64,000 nt of DNA from Carcharhinus amblyrhynchos (lineage: Eukaryota): the NCBI GenBank assembly GCA_965287045.1, contig OZ336881.1, positions 36,890,001-36,954,000 on the forward strand, read 5' to 3'. The notes beneath the pieces are model-generated. The model saw nothing but the letters and a program-made list of their open reading frames with translations. It made no database searches and was not told the origin of the DNA. Each line of letters begins with the position of its first letter. The first letter of the stretch is position 1. A program made the translations under genes and the position numbers. This document shows, one piece after another, positions 1 to 12,073 of this stretch.

Positions 1-1320
1 TGAATGGTTTCTTTAGTGACACTTCTCAAGATAACTAAAGGAGCTATTGGCCTATGACTTTGAATTATCTATGCCCTTTTTGGCTGTGGTATCATTTGAG
101 ATAATGCTGCCTAGAATCTGATTTTTTCAGTGATACTCAAGATCTATATCTTCTATATCTACATACATTTGTATACTCACAGCGAGTACTGTCACCATTT
201 GATTCTGAAGTTGGTGTGCAGAGTGCTGCAGGCTTCCCTTTATGGGGCATTTGTAATCTGGTCATCTGGCCTTGCAAGTATTCTGCTGTGGCAGAAGTAT
301 TTCTTTTGAAGAAACTATTAAATTTCTGCGTCTTTTCTTCAAACCAATCTTGGTTTCTTCTGGTTGAGAAGCTAACCACTTCTGTTGTTGTTTCTTGTTG
401 GAGGATTTTGATTGATCCCATTGCCCTGCTGGGTTAATATTAGTGCCCGGAGTTAGGTCAATGCAGAATCAATTGTCAAGCTTGTTCAGGAAAACTGTTT
501 TTACTTGGTGTCTATTGACTTGCAGTTTCCTTATGGACTTTTCTTTTGGGTGATGGTTCGATTTTGAAGGCAAGATTAGCTTGAAGCAGCCTCTGGCTGG
601 TGTAACAGTCTGAACTGGGCATAACCCTGGTGTGGAACAAGTCTCATGTTAGTCTGGCAGACAGGAATATTACCCTGAAGATGCCTAAGCTTTGAGTATG
701 GATAGCTTTCTACTAAAATAGAAAAGTAATGATGTTGAATTCATGTTTCGTGCAGAATTCCAGCAAAAATTACCAATTGTTATTATTGTTGCCAATGCCA
801 TGTCTGCCTAAGTCATTTTTCCTATGCTCTTAGTCACACCCACTTTTTTAATTTAAATCTCCAAGTACTACGAGTTTATCCTTGGAGTCAAACTTCAGTA
901 GATGGTTGTGCAGGTCATGATATTAGCCTTCTTTGGTTACTATACCGACTTGTAAGGTAGGAGTATACATGCTGATAATGGTGGTGCACTATTTGTTCAG
1001 ATTGGTAATCATAGCAATATGAATCAATCGAAAAAAACTAGTAGGGATGTTCTGAAGCCTGCTGGCTATGGAGTTCTGAATTATAAATCCAACGCCTGTC
1101 ATTTATCCTTACCCTCCTCTGATGAGAAAAACATATAACCTGCTTCGTACACTATCAAGATCAATGCTCTGCGAAATGAACTTCACTGAGTGCTGCAATG
1201 TCAATATCCAAACAGCTGGATTCTCTTGCTATGAGTTAAACGTCTTTCAGGATGCCTGTGGTTATCCGAATCTGATATTGTGTGTAAAAATAAAACATCA
1301 TGGAAGTTTCAAGATGTTTG
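1..1320 (-). mobile_element. Decayed RTE-clade LINE, endonuclease region
   Basis: Minus-strand translation gives RTE APE motifs: DIDIAALSEVHFAE (~1165-1210), GYMFFS, GVGF, DKLVVLGDLN*KVG (~835-890) and RRNQDWFEE (ORF 137..421). Many stops and frameshifts. Confidence 0.8.
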
Positions 1321-1517
1321 TCTCTTTCGAGATTTTACCTCTTCCTTTTGCACCGCACTGGGAGATGCTGATTGGCTGCAGTAAGCCAACCAGGTAAGTT
1401 GAGCCAAGCAATGTTTGAATCACTTTTTCTAAGCCAATTTCCATTTCCAGTACTATCCCTAGAGCACGCTGCTTGGTAACACTGGGTGCTGTTTGGTAAT
1501 GCTGTTGTCTCAGGTCA

Positions 1518-1645
1518 GCTGTAACACTACATTCTGCACTCTCATTTCCTTCTTTATGAATGGTATGCTCTGCCTGTATAGTGCGCAAGAAACAATACTT
1601 TTCACTGTATGCTAATGCATGTGACAATAATAAATCAAATCAAAA
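1518..1645 (+). mobile_element. Rex1/Babar LINE 3' tail fragment
   Basis: Closely matches 34497-34617, the 3' UTR of the Rex1/Babar copy, ending ...GTGACAATAATAAATCAAATCAAA. Confidence 0.8.
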
Positions 1646-3777
1646 AGCAGTCAAATGGCCCAAACAACAGAGTTTCCTACATGTGGGATCAAAACTGTGG
1701 TCTCTAATGCCATCTTGCACATGCTGATTCTGCCTCTCACCCATCACTGTAGAGCTTTTCCTCTTACCTACAATAAGCTTGTTTAAAGTGAAAATCAGTT
1801 CACACAGGCAACTTCCTTTTGGTAAGCATTTCTCCACAGTGGCTCAGCAACAGAGATGGCTGCAGAAGCCTCAAAGCTGTCAGAGTGCCGTTCCTTTATT
1901 CTTCTTCTCAAAATCCTGCCATGAATGCAGATGAGTTATTTGCCCATAGCTGTGTTTCCATCCATCAGTTCACTTGTTCTTGAGTCAATTCAGATGCTGT
2001 ATCATCTTTGACCCAGCCTGCTGAAACAATCTGAATTCTGAATACTAGCTGCTAGCCCATGGAGTAAAACACAAGCCCTCTGAGTTTACATGAGGTGCGG
2101 GTGGATCACTTGGTGACAGATGCTGCTCACTTTAATAGCTGCAGACTTCCCCCTCTTCTGCTGTTTCCATCTTGTGGCACCTGTTCGTGCCCAAGAGTCT
2201 CCAAAGTTCCACATTAAATCACTCCTACCTTAGCACTAAACCCCTACAATAACCAAGCCCCCTGAGTAATAAAACTCTGCCCGTGCAATAAACCCTCTCA
2301 ATAAAACACTCCCTCAATAACTAACCCCACCCCTCCCACCACCATAAAATCCAGCCTGATTAACAAACCACTTCAGCTAAAGCGCAGACACACAAACCCT
2401 CCCTTCCCTTCACCAGTCCTGTGACCCAGGGCCAGGAAAACAACAGTAGTATGGACCATGTACCCTAACAAACCAAAAAGTATTTTAATGGATCCATCTA
2501 AAGAGCTTGTTTGATCTAAAGCTGTGAGACTTTCTAGGATTTGGCGTCAATGTTGAAGACTTCCAGGTCACTCCTACATTTTTATATTACTGGGATCCAT
2601 CTATTGTGAGTCTATTCTGATGGTAGGGCAATTCACATCCAACTGTGTAGTGGAAAAACCAGGAATGTTAGCTAATAAATATGACTTAATAATTAAGATT
2701 GTCAGGCTATTATTTGCTTGGCCTCTTGAACAAGGGAACCAGTCGCAAGGGGCTAACAAAAAGGACTTTGCAGGAGCAAAGGGCTGTGATTGGTTTACCA
2801 TGAAGTTTGGGATTGGTGTTAAGTAGGTCAGACACAGTAGGAGCGATAGGCTTCCTTCTCAGGGGGACAAAGTGAACCAGTTAGATATTTACAACTATAC
2901 AGCGTGGTTATTTTTCCAGTTCCAGTCCATAATTCACCATGTTGATTTTTCAGCAAATCTGGCATACGCCCTGAAGCAATGCTTGAAGAAACTAAATTAC
3001 TTCACAGGGTCAGCCAAGACAGGATAAGGCATATATCTTCAATTAAAATGCTTGACTAAGCCTATGTACGGCTACATTTACCTCCTACTTCCACCAGTTT
3101 TAAAGTACTTTCACACCTTACTGTGAGTGCTTTTTACGCAACTTAGACATGTTGTATTCCCAGCCTTCACCTAGAAATATTCCTTTACTCACAGGCTTAC
3201 ATACATTTCACACTAAAGAATCCTCCTGCATTGTAGTGAAATGTTATATATAAAGGTCACCACAGCAACTTTTTTAACAATTAGATGTTCTCACTTTTTT
3301 TCTATGATTGCAGGTGGAAAGTCCAGAACAGCTGAAAAGAGACACATGCAGAAAAAAGTCCTTGTCATATTTAACTTCTAATTTTATAAAAATGGGAAGC
3401 CCCTCAAGTCCTTAGATGGGTGATATTAACAAATTCTGAAGATGGCGAAGTAGGACTGCTGCCAGATCAGTTTGCAGTTCAGTATTGTTCTGTCTGTTCT
3501 CTGAACTATCTAGTGGCAATTCATGAAAACTGAATGTATAGTTTCTAACTTTACTGAAATTTATGTGATTATTACTCATTAGGACATCATTGTAACACAT
3601 CTTTTTCTTGTTTTCTGCAGGTGTGCTGCAGAAGTAAGGCCTTAGCACTTCTAGCTCTTTCTGCATCTCAGAACATGACCTGTTAGAATTTGATGAAAAG
3701 CTGAGACAGCTGGCAACAGCTTCTATCCACAAGCTTCTCAAGCTGCTTCTCATCCTCTTAGTCATTTCTCGCTGAGC

Positions 3778-3833
3778 CTGTGGCACAGTGGTTAGCATTG
3801 CTGCCTCACAGCACCAAGGACCCAGGTTCAATT
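3778..3833 (+). mobile_element. tRNA-derived SINE head (HE1-like), truncated after box B
   Basis: TGGCACAGTGGTTAGC (box A) ... GGTTCAATT (box B). Matches the heads of the SINEs at 27.1, 33.6 and 37.1 kb. Confidence 0.8.
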
Positions 3834-5752
3834 GCCTGCAGATCCGACCAAAGAACATACTCAACACACTGATCAAGATATTTGATCTGGACTTTCAGAG
3901 CACCCTCTGTGCTCTCATCCCACCTTCTCCTTCTGCTGCAGATCTCTACTCCCTCCCAAAGATACACAAGGCCGTCCCATCGTATTGGACAACGGGACCC
4001 TGTGCGAGAACCCTTTCGGCTACATCGAGGGCATCCTGAAACCCAGCTTTTGTCGCGACACTATGAACTTCTTACAGAAACTCAGCACACGTGGAGCAGT
4101 TGAACCAGGAGCACTCTTTGTCACAATGGATGTCTCGGCACACTACACCAGCATCCCCCATGATGATGGCATTGCTGCAACTGCCTCAGTACTCAACGGC
4201 AATAACTGCCAGTCTCCAGATGCAATTTTACAACTCACCTGCTTCATCCTGGACCACAATGTCTTCACCTTCAACAACCAGTTCTTCATCCAGACACACG
4301 GAACAGCCATGGGACCAAATTTCCACCCCAACATGCCAACATTTTCATGCACAGATTCGAACAGGACCTCTTCACCGCACAGGACCTTCAACCGATGCTA
4401 TACACTAAATATATTGATGACATTTTCTGTCTTTGGACTCATGGTGAACAATCATTGAAACAACTATATGATGACATCAACAAGTTCCATCCCACCATCA
4501 GACTCACCATGGACTACTCTCCGGAATTGGTTGCATTTTTGGACACATGTCTCAATCAAGGATGGTCATCTCAGCACTTCACTGTACCGCAAGCCCACGG
4601 ATAACCTCATGATGCTCCACTTCTCCAGTTTCCACCCTAAACACGTTAAAGAAGCCATCTTCTACAGACAAGCCCTCCATATACACAGGATTTGTGCAGA
4701 TGAGGAAGATTGCAACAGACACCTCCAGATGCTGAAAGATGCCCTGATAAGAACAGGAGATGGCGCTCGACTCATTGATCGACAGTTCCAACGCAACAGA
4801 AAAACCGCACTGACCTCTTCAGAAGATAAACACAGGACAGGGCGGACAGAGTGCCCTTCGTTCTCCAGTACTTCTCCGGAGCGGAGAAGCTACGATACTT
4901 TCTCCGGAGATTTCAACATGTCACTGATGAAGACGAACATCTCGCCAAGCCCATCTCCACACCCCCACTTCTTGCCTTCAAACAACCGCACGACCTCAAA
5001 TAGACCATTGTCTGCAGCACGACACCACATAACCCTGCCACAACAACCTCTGCAAGTCGTGCCGGAACATCGACACAGATGCTATCATCTCACGTGAGAA
5101 CACAGTCCACCAGGTACACGGTATATGCACTTGCTACTCGGCCAACGTTATCTACCTGATGCGCTGCAGGAAAGGATGTCCCGAGGCATAATATATTGGG
5201 GAGACCATGCCAATGCTACGACAATGGATGAATGAACACCGCTTGACAATCAGCAGGCAGTCTTCCTGTTGGGGAACACTTCAGCAGTCACGGGCGTTCG
5301 GCCTTTGATCTTCGGGTAAGTGTTCTCCAAGATGGCTTTCATGACACATGACAACACAGAGTTGCTGAGGAGACACTGATAGCCAAGTTCCGCACACATG
5401 AGGACGGCCTCAACCGGGATCTTGGGTTCATGTCACACTATCTGTTAACCCCACGACTTGCCTGGGCTTGCAAAATCTCACTAACTGCCCTGGCTGGAGA
5501 CAATACACATCTCTTTAACCTGTGCTTAACCCTCTCTTCACTCACATTGTCTGTACCTTTAAGACTTGATTACCTGTAAAGACTCGCATTCCAATCATTA
5601 TTTTGTAAATTGAGTTTGTGTCTATATTTGCCCTGTTTGTGAACAGAACTCCCCACTCACCTGATGAAGGTGCTGCGTTCTGAAAGCTAGTGGCTTTTGC
5701 TGCCAAATAAACCTGTTGGACTTTAACCTGGTGTTGTGAGACTTCTTACTGT
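3834..5752 (+). mobile_element. Penelope-like retroelement (RT + GIY-YIG endonuclease + 3' pLTR), 5'-truncated and frameshifted
   Basis: RT motifs LFVTMDVSAHYTSIPHDDG, QTHGTAMG, YIDDIF, LYRKPTD, SFHPKHVK. GIY-YIG region NVIYLMRC...YIGET...MNEHR. The 3' UTR is shared with the copies at 9.0 and 29.2-30.1 kb. Confidence 0.93.
5655..5693 (+). ncRNA. Minimal type I hammerhead ribozyme motif in Penelope pLTR
   Basis: CAC-CTGATGA(5661-5667)-A-GGTGC tgc GTTCT-GAAA(5682-5685)-GC-TA-GTG: catalytic core, a degenerate stem II, a palindromic AGCT stem III and a CAC/GTG stem I. Penelope-like elements are known to carry such motifs. Confidence 0.7.
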
Positions 5753-8339
5753 CCCTGGAATCACACACAGATGGTAAATGCTACAGCTTCAGATAATCTT
5801 GACTGCCCAAGTTTCTTCAACAAATATTTGAGAATTAAAGCAACATGATAGTTGCCTTAGAAAGGAGCATTGCTGCCTTTATCCAGTGATGATGAACATT
5901 AATGGAATCCTTCTCTATTCCTGTAGCTAGTGATATTGTGCAAGGAAGCAGAGGGAGTGCTGCAATTTTTAACACTTTGGATCATCAGAAACCCCCCCTT
6001 TTCTATGAAATAGCCTTTTTGTGATGTTATTGGTTATTCATGATGAAGGAGATGAAATTACTTGCTCAACCAAACAAGTTATACCACTTTCTTTATATGT
6101 CTATATCATAGAAACATTTATACAGCTGTTTAATGTTGCCAATGTTCTGAGTAAACCCAAAGCAGAACATATCTAATTTGTCTGATGTTGTAGGGTTTGG
6201 TTACTGTTTGGTAATCTTTGTATAAGTCTTTGTACTCATATGTAGGTTCACTAAGTTTTTACTGACTTGTAGAACTATTTATAAATATACAGTAAAGCGT
6301 ATGTGCTAAAAGCTGTCTCCATGTTTGCTGGCATACACAGCTCTGTCCAACACTTGACCGGCCCTGGATGTGAGTCAGATGCCCTTTTATATCACTGTTG
6401 CATAAAAAAGCAGTAAAGGAAAATCATTGAATAATTGTTGTGTGGTGTTACTGAAAAATGACAGTGCTCGAACAATTGCTTAAAAGGTTCCTGGCCTGAT
6501 ATGGTAATGGGGAAAAACAGAAAAAACAAGAAAATGACAGAATTAAATGTCAAATACAAATGTCCAATTCAATCTCTTTAAAGGATATTCAAGTTAACTT
6601 CCATAAATAATACAACCCTGGGCATTTGGCACTCCATTTTATATTGGTGGATACATAAAACAGCTCTTTGTTGGTTTGAACACTGGAAATTGTTTGTTTG
6701 ATCATTCGTGGCGAAATGGCACCTTTCAAATTTAATATCAGGGTGAGGCACTAAATGGGCTAAAATACAGTGTCATGCAACTCTATCCCAATTGCTGGTC
6801 AGTTTTGCTCATTATTTGCTCATTATTGAGCAACACAGATCAAAGCAATTGGGCGATTGCTGATGCCTTAAAATAGTAATTTAAATTCCTTTGGAAAATT
6901 CTTGTGTTTTCTCAGTTTACTAGTAGGCTCAACTTTGATTTTTTTTCTCATTTCCCGAGACTGTCTATTTGAAAATAATTGGGCATTTAAGAAGCTATGT
7001 TATAAATTCTAGTTATCTCCATCTGTAGTTCGGTAAACATAATTTCGTAAAGCTCTGTTGTTTGCATCACTAATTTATTTAAGTTTCTGAGCTCCTTGTT
7101 CTTTTGCATTTCTCTACTGATTGTTATTCCAAGTGTACTTATAACGCCTTGTTAATATGGAAATCTCATACATTTATATGGGCCAAAACCTCCAATCAAT
7201 TTATTCAGCTCATTTATTTCTTAGTGTAATTAGTGGATCTAATTGCATTGTTATTTTACACATTGGGATTGGAAAAATAATTGGGGGACTTTGTTTCTTT
7301 ATCCAACAAAAGGAACTGTGCTTCCTTTTTGTCTTTAAAAAAAAAACTGATTGTTCAATATTCCCCAGGATAATTATCGCCATCCCTTTAGATGAAAGCT
7401 CAAGGCTCCTTGAGTGACAAATTAGTTCATAATCTCTGGCTGGGATTTAGTCTAGTTAGTGAAAACTCAAGAAGGACCAGTAGAAAAAGAAATTACCTTG
7501 TTTCATTTGGTGACCACTAGATATTTCAGTTTGGTTGCAGTGAGAAATAATTTAAGATTATACAGTCATTTTAGCTAGGGGTTGTGATTTATTTCACCAA
7601 ATGGGAATGAGTCTGCCTTTAAGATAGGAGCTGAAAAATCCTTTTGAGGCAGATTTGGGATTTCTGACTCATAGATACACCCCTGGCCCCGTTCCAAACC
7701 CATCAGTGGTAGTCGGTTGGTGACTATTTTCTGTGATACTGGTGTGTGCCTTTCTTAGTTGGGGAGGGGAGGGTCGGGGAACAGGAGGAAGGAAAATACT
7801 GTTGTGGCAGCCTAGAATTCTTAAAATGTTTAAAAGTGACCACATTTGGAACTGCCGGACTACAATCGATTATCAGAGGAAACTGACCTATGAAGTAATC
7901 GCTGTCCCACTTCAACCAAGGTCAGCTCGAGGCAAGCTTTATGTTTGTACATGGTGTTGGAGGTGTCAGGAGCTTAACCAGCTGGATTTAGGGTGGTTAA
8001 CATCATTTCACATGTCACTGTGCTCCTGTCATTTATGTTCACTCAGGAGGCAATGCAAAAACCATTCACCATCTTTCTTGCTGATAGTTGAGATAGGAAA
8101 ACAGATGAAGACTCTGTTGGTGAATCTTGACCCAAAACCATATTTTCCAGCGATCTTCATTCATTGCTACAATACAGGAATTTTGAGGTTAGGATGACCA
8201 AATTGAGTAAGCATTGTAGAAATTAATTAGCTCCTGGATTTTCCTTGGGTTTTCAGGAGAAGAGCTCTTCCAAATGTTAATCTTACTTTCTGGATTTAAT
8301 TAGCAGTGGTGACTGTTAATTTTTTTCTGTGTGAGTTAA

Positions 8340-8960
8340 AGTGCAAAATGTTTTGATCAGGGTAGTCATTATCACAATCACTTTGCACTGCGTATCACAA
8401 AAACGCATGAATGGGCCTAAGGCTATCAATTTCGATTCGGAAAAGTCCCCAGTCTACCTCAGATTACCCTGAAAGAGTAAGGTATCTCAAACATTTGAGC
8501 AACAGGTGAAGCTAACTGTTTCATATTGCTACTATACCAGTGTGATGCTAGGTATGTAACAGGTATGTCCCAAAGTCTGACAGATCACATCAAACAATAC
8601 ATCCCAGCCACTGTTTGCAATGGGCAATGTGCAGACCATATCCAACCAGTCTGTGTTTTCAAAACACAAACATAGATATGATTCTGTGATTGAACAATAT
8701 TTGCAAAGTAATCCTCAGTGTGCTAAAAATTACGCTGACAGCCAATTTAAGATTATCAATCAAGCTCACAGTGTGGTGCATTTCTGTGCACTGGAAGGTA
8801 TATTTATTAATTCTTAGGGCCCTGTTCTTTGCAGACTGAACGAACATGTACACACATTGCACCTGTGTTGACTAAACAGAATAAAGCTACCTAGTTTAAA
8901 TTTTCAAACAATTCTTAGCAGTTAACTATCAGTTGCCATTAATTGCTGTGTTTTCCATGG
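8340..8960 (+). mobile_element. Older Penelope-like element (second family), C-terminal fragment
   Basis: Translates to KSPVYLRLP*KSKVSQTFEQQVK and DSVIEQYLQSNPQCAKNYADSQFKII...LEGIFIN..GPVLCR, typical of a PLE thumb/GIY-YIG C-terminus. Confidence 0.7.
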
Positions 8961-8971
8961 CAATGCCCCTA

Positions 8972-9527
8972 TATGTGGAGATGCCGGTGTTGGACTGGGG
9001 TAAACACAGTAAGAAGTCTGACAACACCAGGTTTAAGTCCAACCGATTTATTTGATAGTAAGCTCACAAGCTTTCGTCAGGTGAATGAAGAGTTCTGGCC
9101 TCAGACAGAGCATATAAAGCACAGACAGTTTACAGATTACTGATTAGAATGCGAATCTTTACACCTAACCTGCTGTTCAAGCCCTAAAGTGAGTGGAAGG
9201 AGCACTGATCACAGGTTAAAGAGATGTGTATTGTCTCCAGACAGTACAGTAAGTGAGGTTTTGCAAACCCAGGCAAGTCATGGGGGTTACAGATAGTGCG
9301 ACATGAACCCAAGATCCCTGTTGAATCCATCTTCATGTGTGCGGAACTTGGCTATCAGTCTCTGCTCAGCGACTCTGCGCTGTCGTGTGTTGTGAAGGCT
9401 GCCTTGGAGAATGTTTACCCAAAGGTCAGAGGCCGAATGCCCGTGACCACTGAAGTGTTCGCCAACAGGAAGGGAACAGTCTTGCCTGGTGATTGTCGAG
9501 CGATGTTCATTCATCCGATGAATGAAC
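8972..9527 (-). mobile_element. Penelope-like element 3' fragment (same family as 3834-5752)
   Basis: ORF 9287..9514 MNEHR...VGEHFSGHGH...LIAKFRTHEDGFNRDLGFMSHYL plus pLTR. The hammerhead core is internally deleted (CTGA-CGAAAGC). Confidence 0.9.
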
Positions 9528-9679
9528 GGATGAACAACTTAATACAGTTTTGGTAAAAACTCCTTGTTTGTCAATAGAATCACACCTGGAGTGAAACACT
9601 TTATCGTCACACTAGAAAATAGAAAAACTGTTAGGGTCTAGTTGGGCTTCATAATATACATTGGGGTTTCTGATTGGTA

Positions 9680-9890
9680 CCCCAATAATCCTTAGGATAA
9701 CATTTGATGGTTTTGATGGTGAATGTTTTAACTTCTCATTATAGATTGTCTCAGATATCAACAAAACCACAGCCTTTGTGTCCACTTCTATTTTGATTTG
9801 GTTACCATCAAGTTTTGGAAACAACCAAAAACATGAATCTCCGTATACTGACAACATTCCGAGTGTTAACTCTTGAACTTGTTTTGGCAT
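9680..9890 (-). mobile_element. Gypsy-type aspartic protease fragment
   Basis: LDGNQIKIEVDTKAVVLLISETIYNEKL...SNVILR resembles a retrotransposon protease (VDTGA). Confidence 0.6.
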
Positions 9891-9892
9891 CA

Positions 9893-10220
9893 CATGTGCA
9901 TTTACTTTCTTTACAAGTCTGCCATGTGAGACCTTATAAAACACTTCACTGAAATCCATATAAATTACATCAACTGCTCATCTACACACTTGATCACCTC
10001 CTCAAAAAAAAATCAATCAAATTTGTTAGGCATGACCTCTGTCTGACAAAATCATGCTGACTAGCCCTGCTCATGCCTTGCCTCTCCAAGTGGAAATAGA
10101 TTCTCTCCTTCAGAATTTTCTCCAATAATTTCCCTACCACTGATGTGAGGCTCACTAGTCTGTAGTTCCGTGGCTTATCACGACAACTCTTCTTGAATAG
10201 CGGAACCACATTAGCTGTTC
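9893..10220 (-). mobile_element. CR1 LINE RT fragment
   Basis: VPLFKK..RDKPRNYRLVSLTSVVGKLLEKI...SQHDF..RSCLTNLIDFF and MDFSEVFYKVSHGRL. Confidence 0.9.
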
Positions 10221-10222
10221 TT

Positions 10223-10429
10223 TGTTATATCTTGATCAATAGCTGCCACAAAGAGAAAAAGCAATGAGCTGCAATGCTAGGGTGTTGTAGTAAAACACAA
10301 TGGAGGTTTATTAAGATGTTCCTTGTCTAAAATGGAAGAACCACAGAAGTGAATCTCTCTCTACTAATGTCACTACAGATCACATGATGGTATACGCAGG
10401 AGAGATGCAACCACTTTAAATACATAACA
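10223..10429 (-). mobile_element. Putative LTR (~207 bp)
   Basis: Bounded by 6-bp inverted termini TGTTAT...ATAACA, has an internal minus-strand AATAAA, and lies close to the Gypsy protease fragment. Confidence 0.4.
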
Positions 10430-11815
10430 GATGTAAATTAGTTTCAGGCCAGCCTCCAACAAGTTTCCTGAACCACCATCGCTGATACTAGTGGAAGTTT
10501 CCATTGTAAATTCACTCCTCCTGCCGAATTCTCCCCCCCCCACCCCCCCTCCCCCCGCCATTGGCTGTTGAAGCTTGTGACCAAGAACTTTCTTCTTTTG
10601 ACTCCAACTCCCTCATCTGCCACAGGCTGTGTATGGCTCTTACTTTATCGGACCTGTTTCTCTTTTCCTAATCTTGACTAACCAACACAAATCATATTTA
10701 TTTTTCTCTAACTGCAGCTTAAGTTGTGTGCCTCACATGTTCATTTATGAGACACACTCATTTTTAATTTGCTTTAACTGCAGAGTTTCTGTGGTTCTCT
10801 CTCTCTGTTTTGTGTTTGGATCTCACTAATCTGCTGGCTAGTAAGATATTTTCTGTACATTACTTTGTAAATAATTGTAAATTTGGTTATAAAGAATATG
10901 TTTAATGAACTTTAAAAGTTTTCTGCAATCTTGCTCATCAAAGACTTGTTATTGTTCATATTTCCTTTTTTTGCATATTAGACGTTTGGAGACAATCATG
11001 ATAATTGCTCCCAAACTTGACATTGCTGCTTACTATAAGCGCACAAAGATTTCTGTCCTAAGTAATCACATATTGAAGAATCATGCATGGAGGTTAGTGT
11101 GCTTGATTCACCAATAATCTGACCATTAAAGTCATTAAGGTTGAGAGTGCCAGAGTGCTGACCTCTCATCTAGTTCCCCAGTCTCCACTCCATTGAATAA
11201 AATTCAGCTTTTCAATGTGTAGCGCGACTATATTCTCTCAGACACGACCTTTAATAATCTTCTTGCCTAACAGAGCAAAGGATTCTTCAATTTACTTAAC
11301 CAAAAAAATTACTAACATTCCATATGCCAATAACATCCTGCCATACAGTTTTTTTGATTCACTGCATGTGAGATATAACACCCCAATTTTCTGCATATTC
11401 AGTCAATTGGACCATTTGCCTCAACATTAACACTAAATACAGACAAGGATTTTCCCTTGCCAAGCTTCTTGGATGTATAATTGAAACTTGACATCTGACT
11501 GACTAAAGATGGGGATTTGAGTTATCAACTTGCCACACCATGGTTTTTGATTTTTGTATTCCCACCCTCAAAGAATCTGAAATTCATTGACATTGTTACT
11601 CAAGCATTTCTCATGGTACACGTAATGGTCTTACTTTTCAAATGATATGCTCTACCTTCACTACAAATTTGATACATAATAACCAGTTCATTAAACAAAA
11701 TGCAATTTGTCATGATGATGTGATATGCGTATGTGAAATAGTAATTTTAATTTCATCAGCTGGTCAAATATGTACTGAACTTCTTTAAATTAACTTTTTC
11801 CTTGCCTTAAAACAG

Positions 11816-12073
11816 CTGCTGAACTGAATTTGTGAAAGTCACGTTCCCCGTCATAGAGGCATCAAGCCTGCTGAACCCTCAGACAGACAATGGCGTTCCC
11901 CTTCGAGGTGTTAAAGTCCCTTATCGACAATATCAAAGAAGAAATGGACGATTCATGGAGTAAAAAGCTGAGATATTAAGATACAATTACTTTTGGCTGT
12001 TGGCTAACTGGATACAAGTAATTAATCGTCTGATCTGTTGGAAACCACTAGTGATCTCTTGAGCTTCTAACAG
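11816..12073 (+). other. Candidate exon of an unidentified transcript (contains 29-aa smORF 11890-11979)
   Basis: Acceptor TTAACTTTTTCCTTGCCTTAAAACAG|C and donor CAG|GTGAGA. Non-repetitive sequence that retains CpGs. The ATG is in ACAATGG context. Confidence 0.4.

Noticed and set aside
3985-5097. Intact reverse transcriptase gene
   Set aside because: 5'-truncated and split across frames, with stops in the endonuclease region; a dead Penelope copy.
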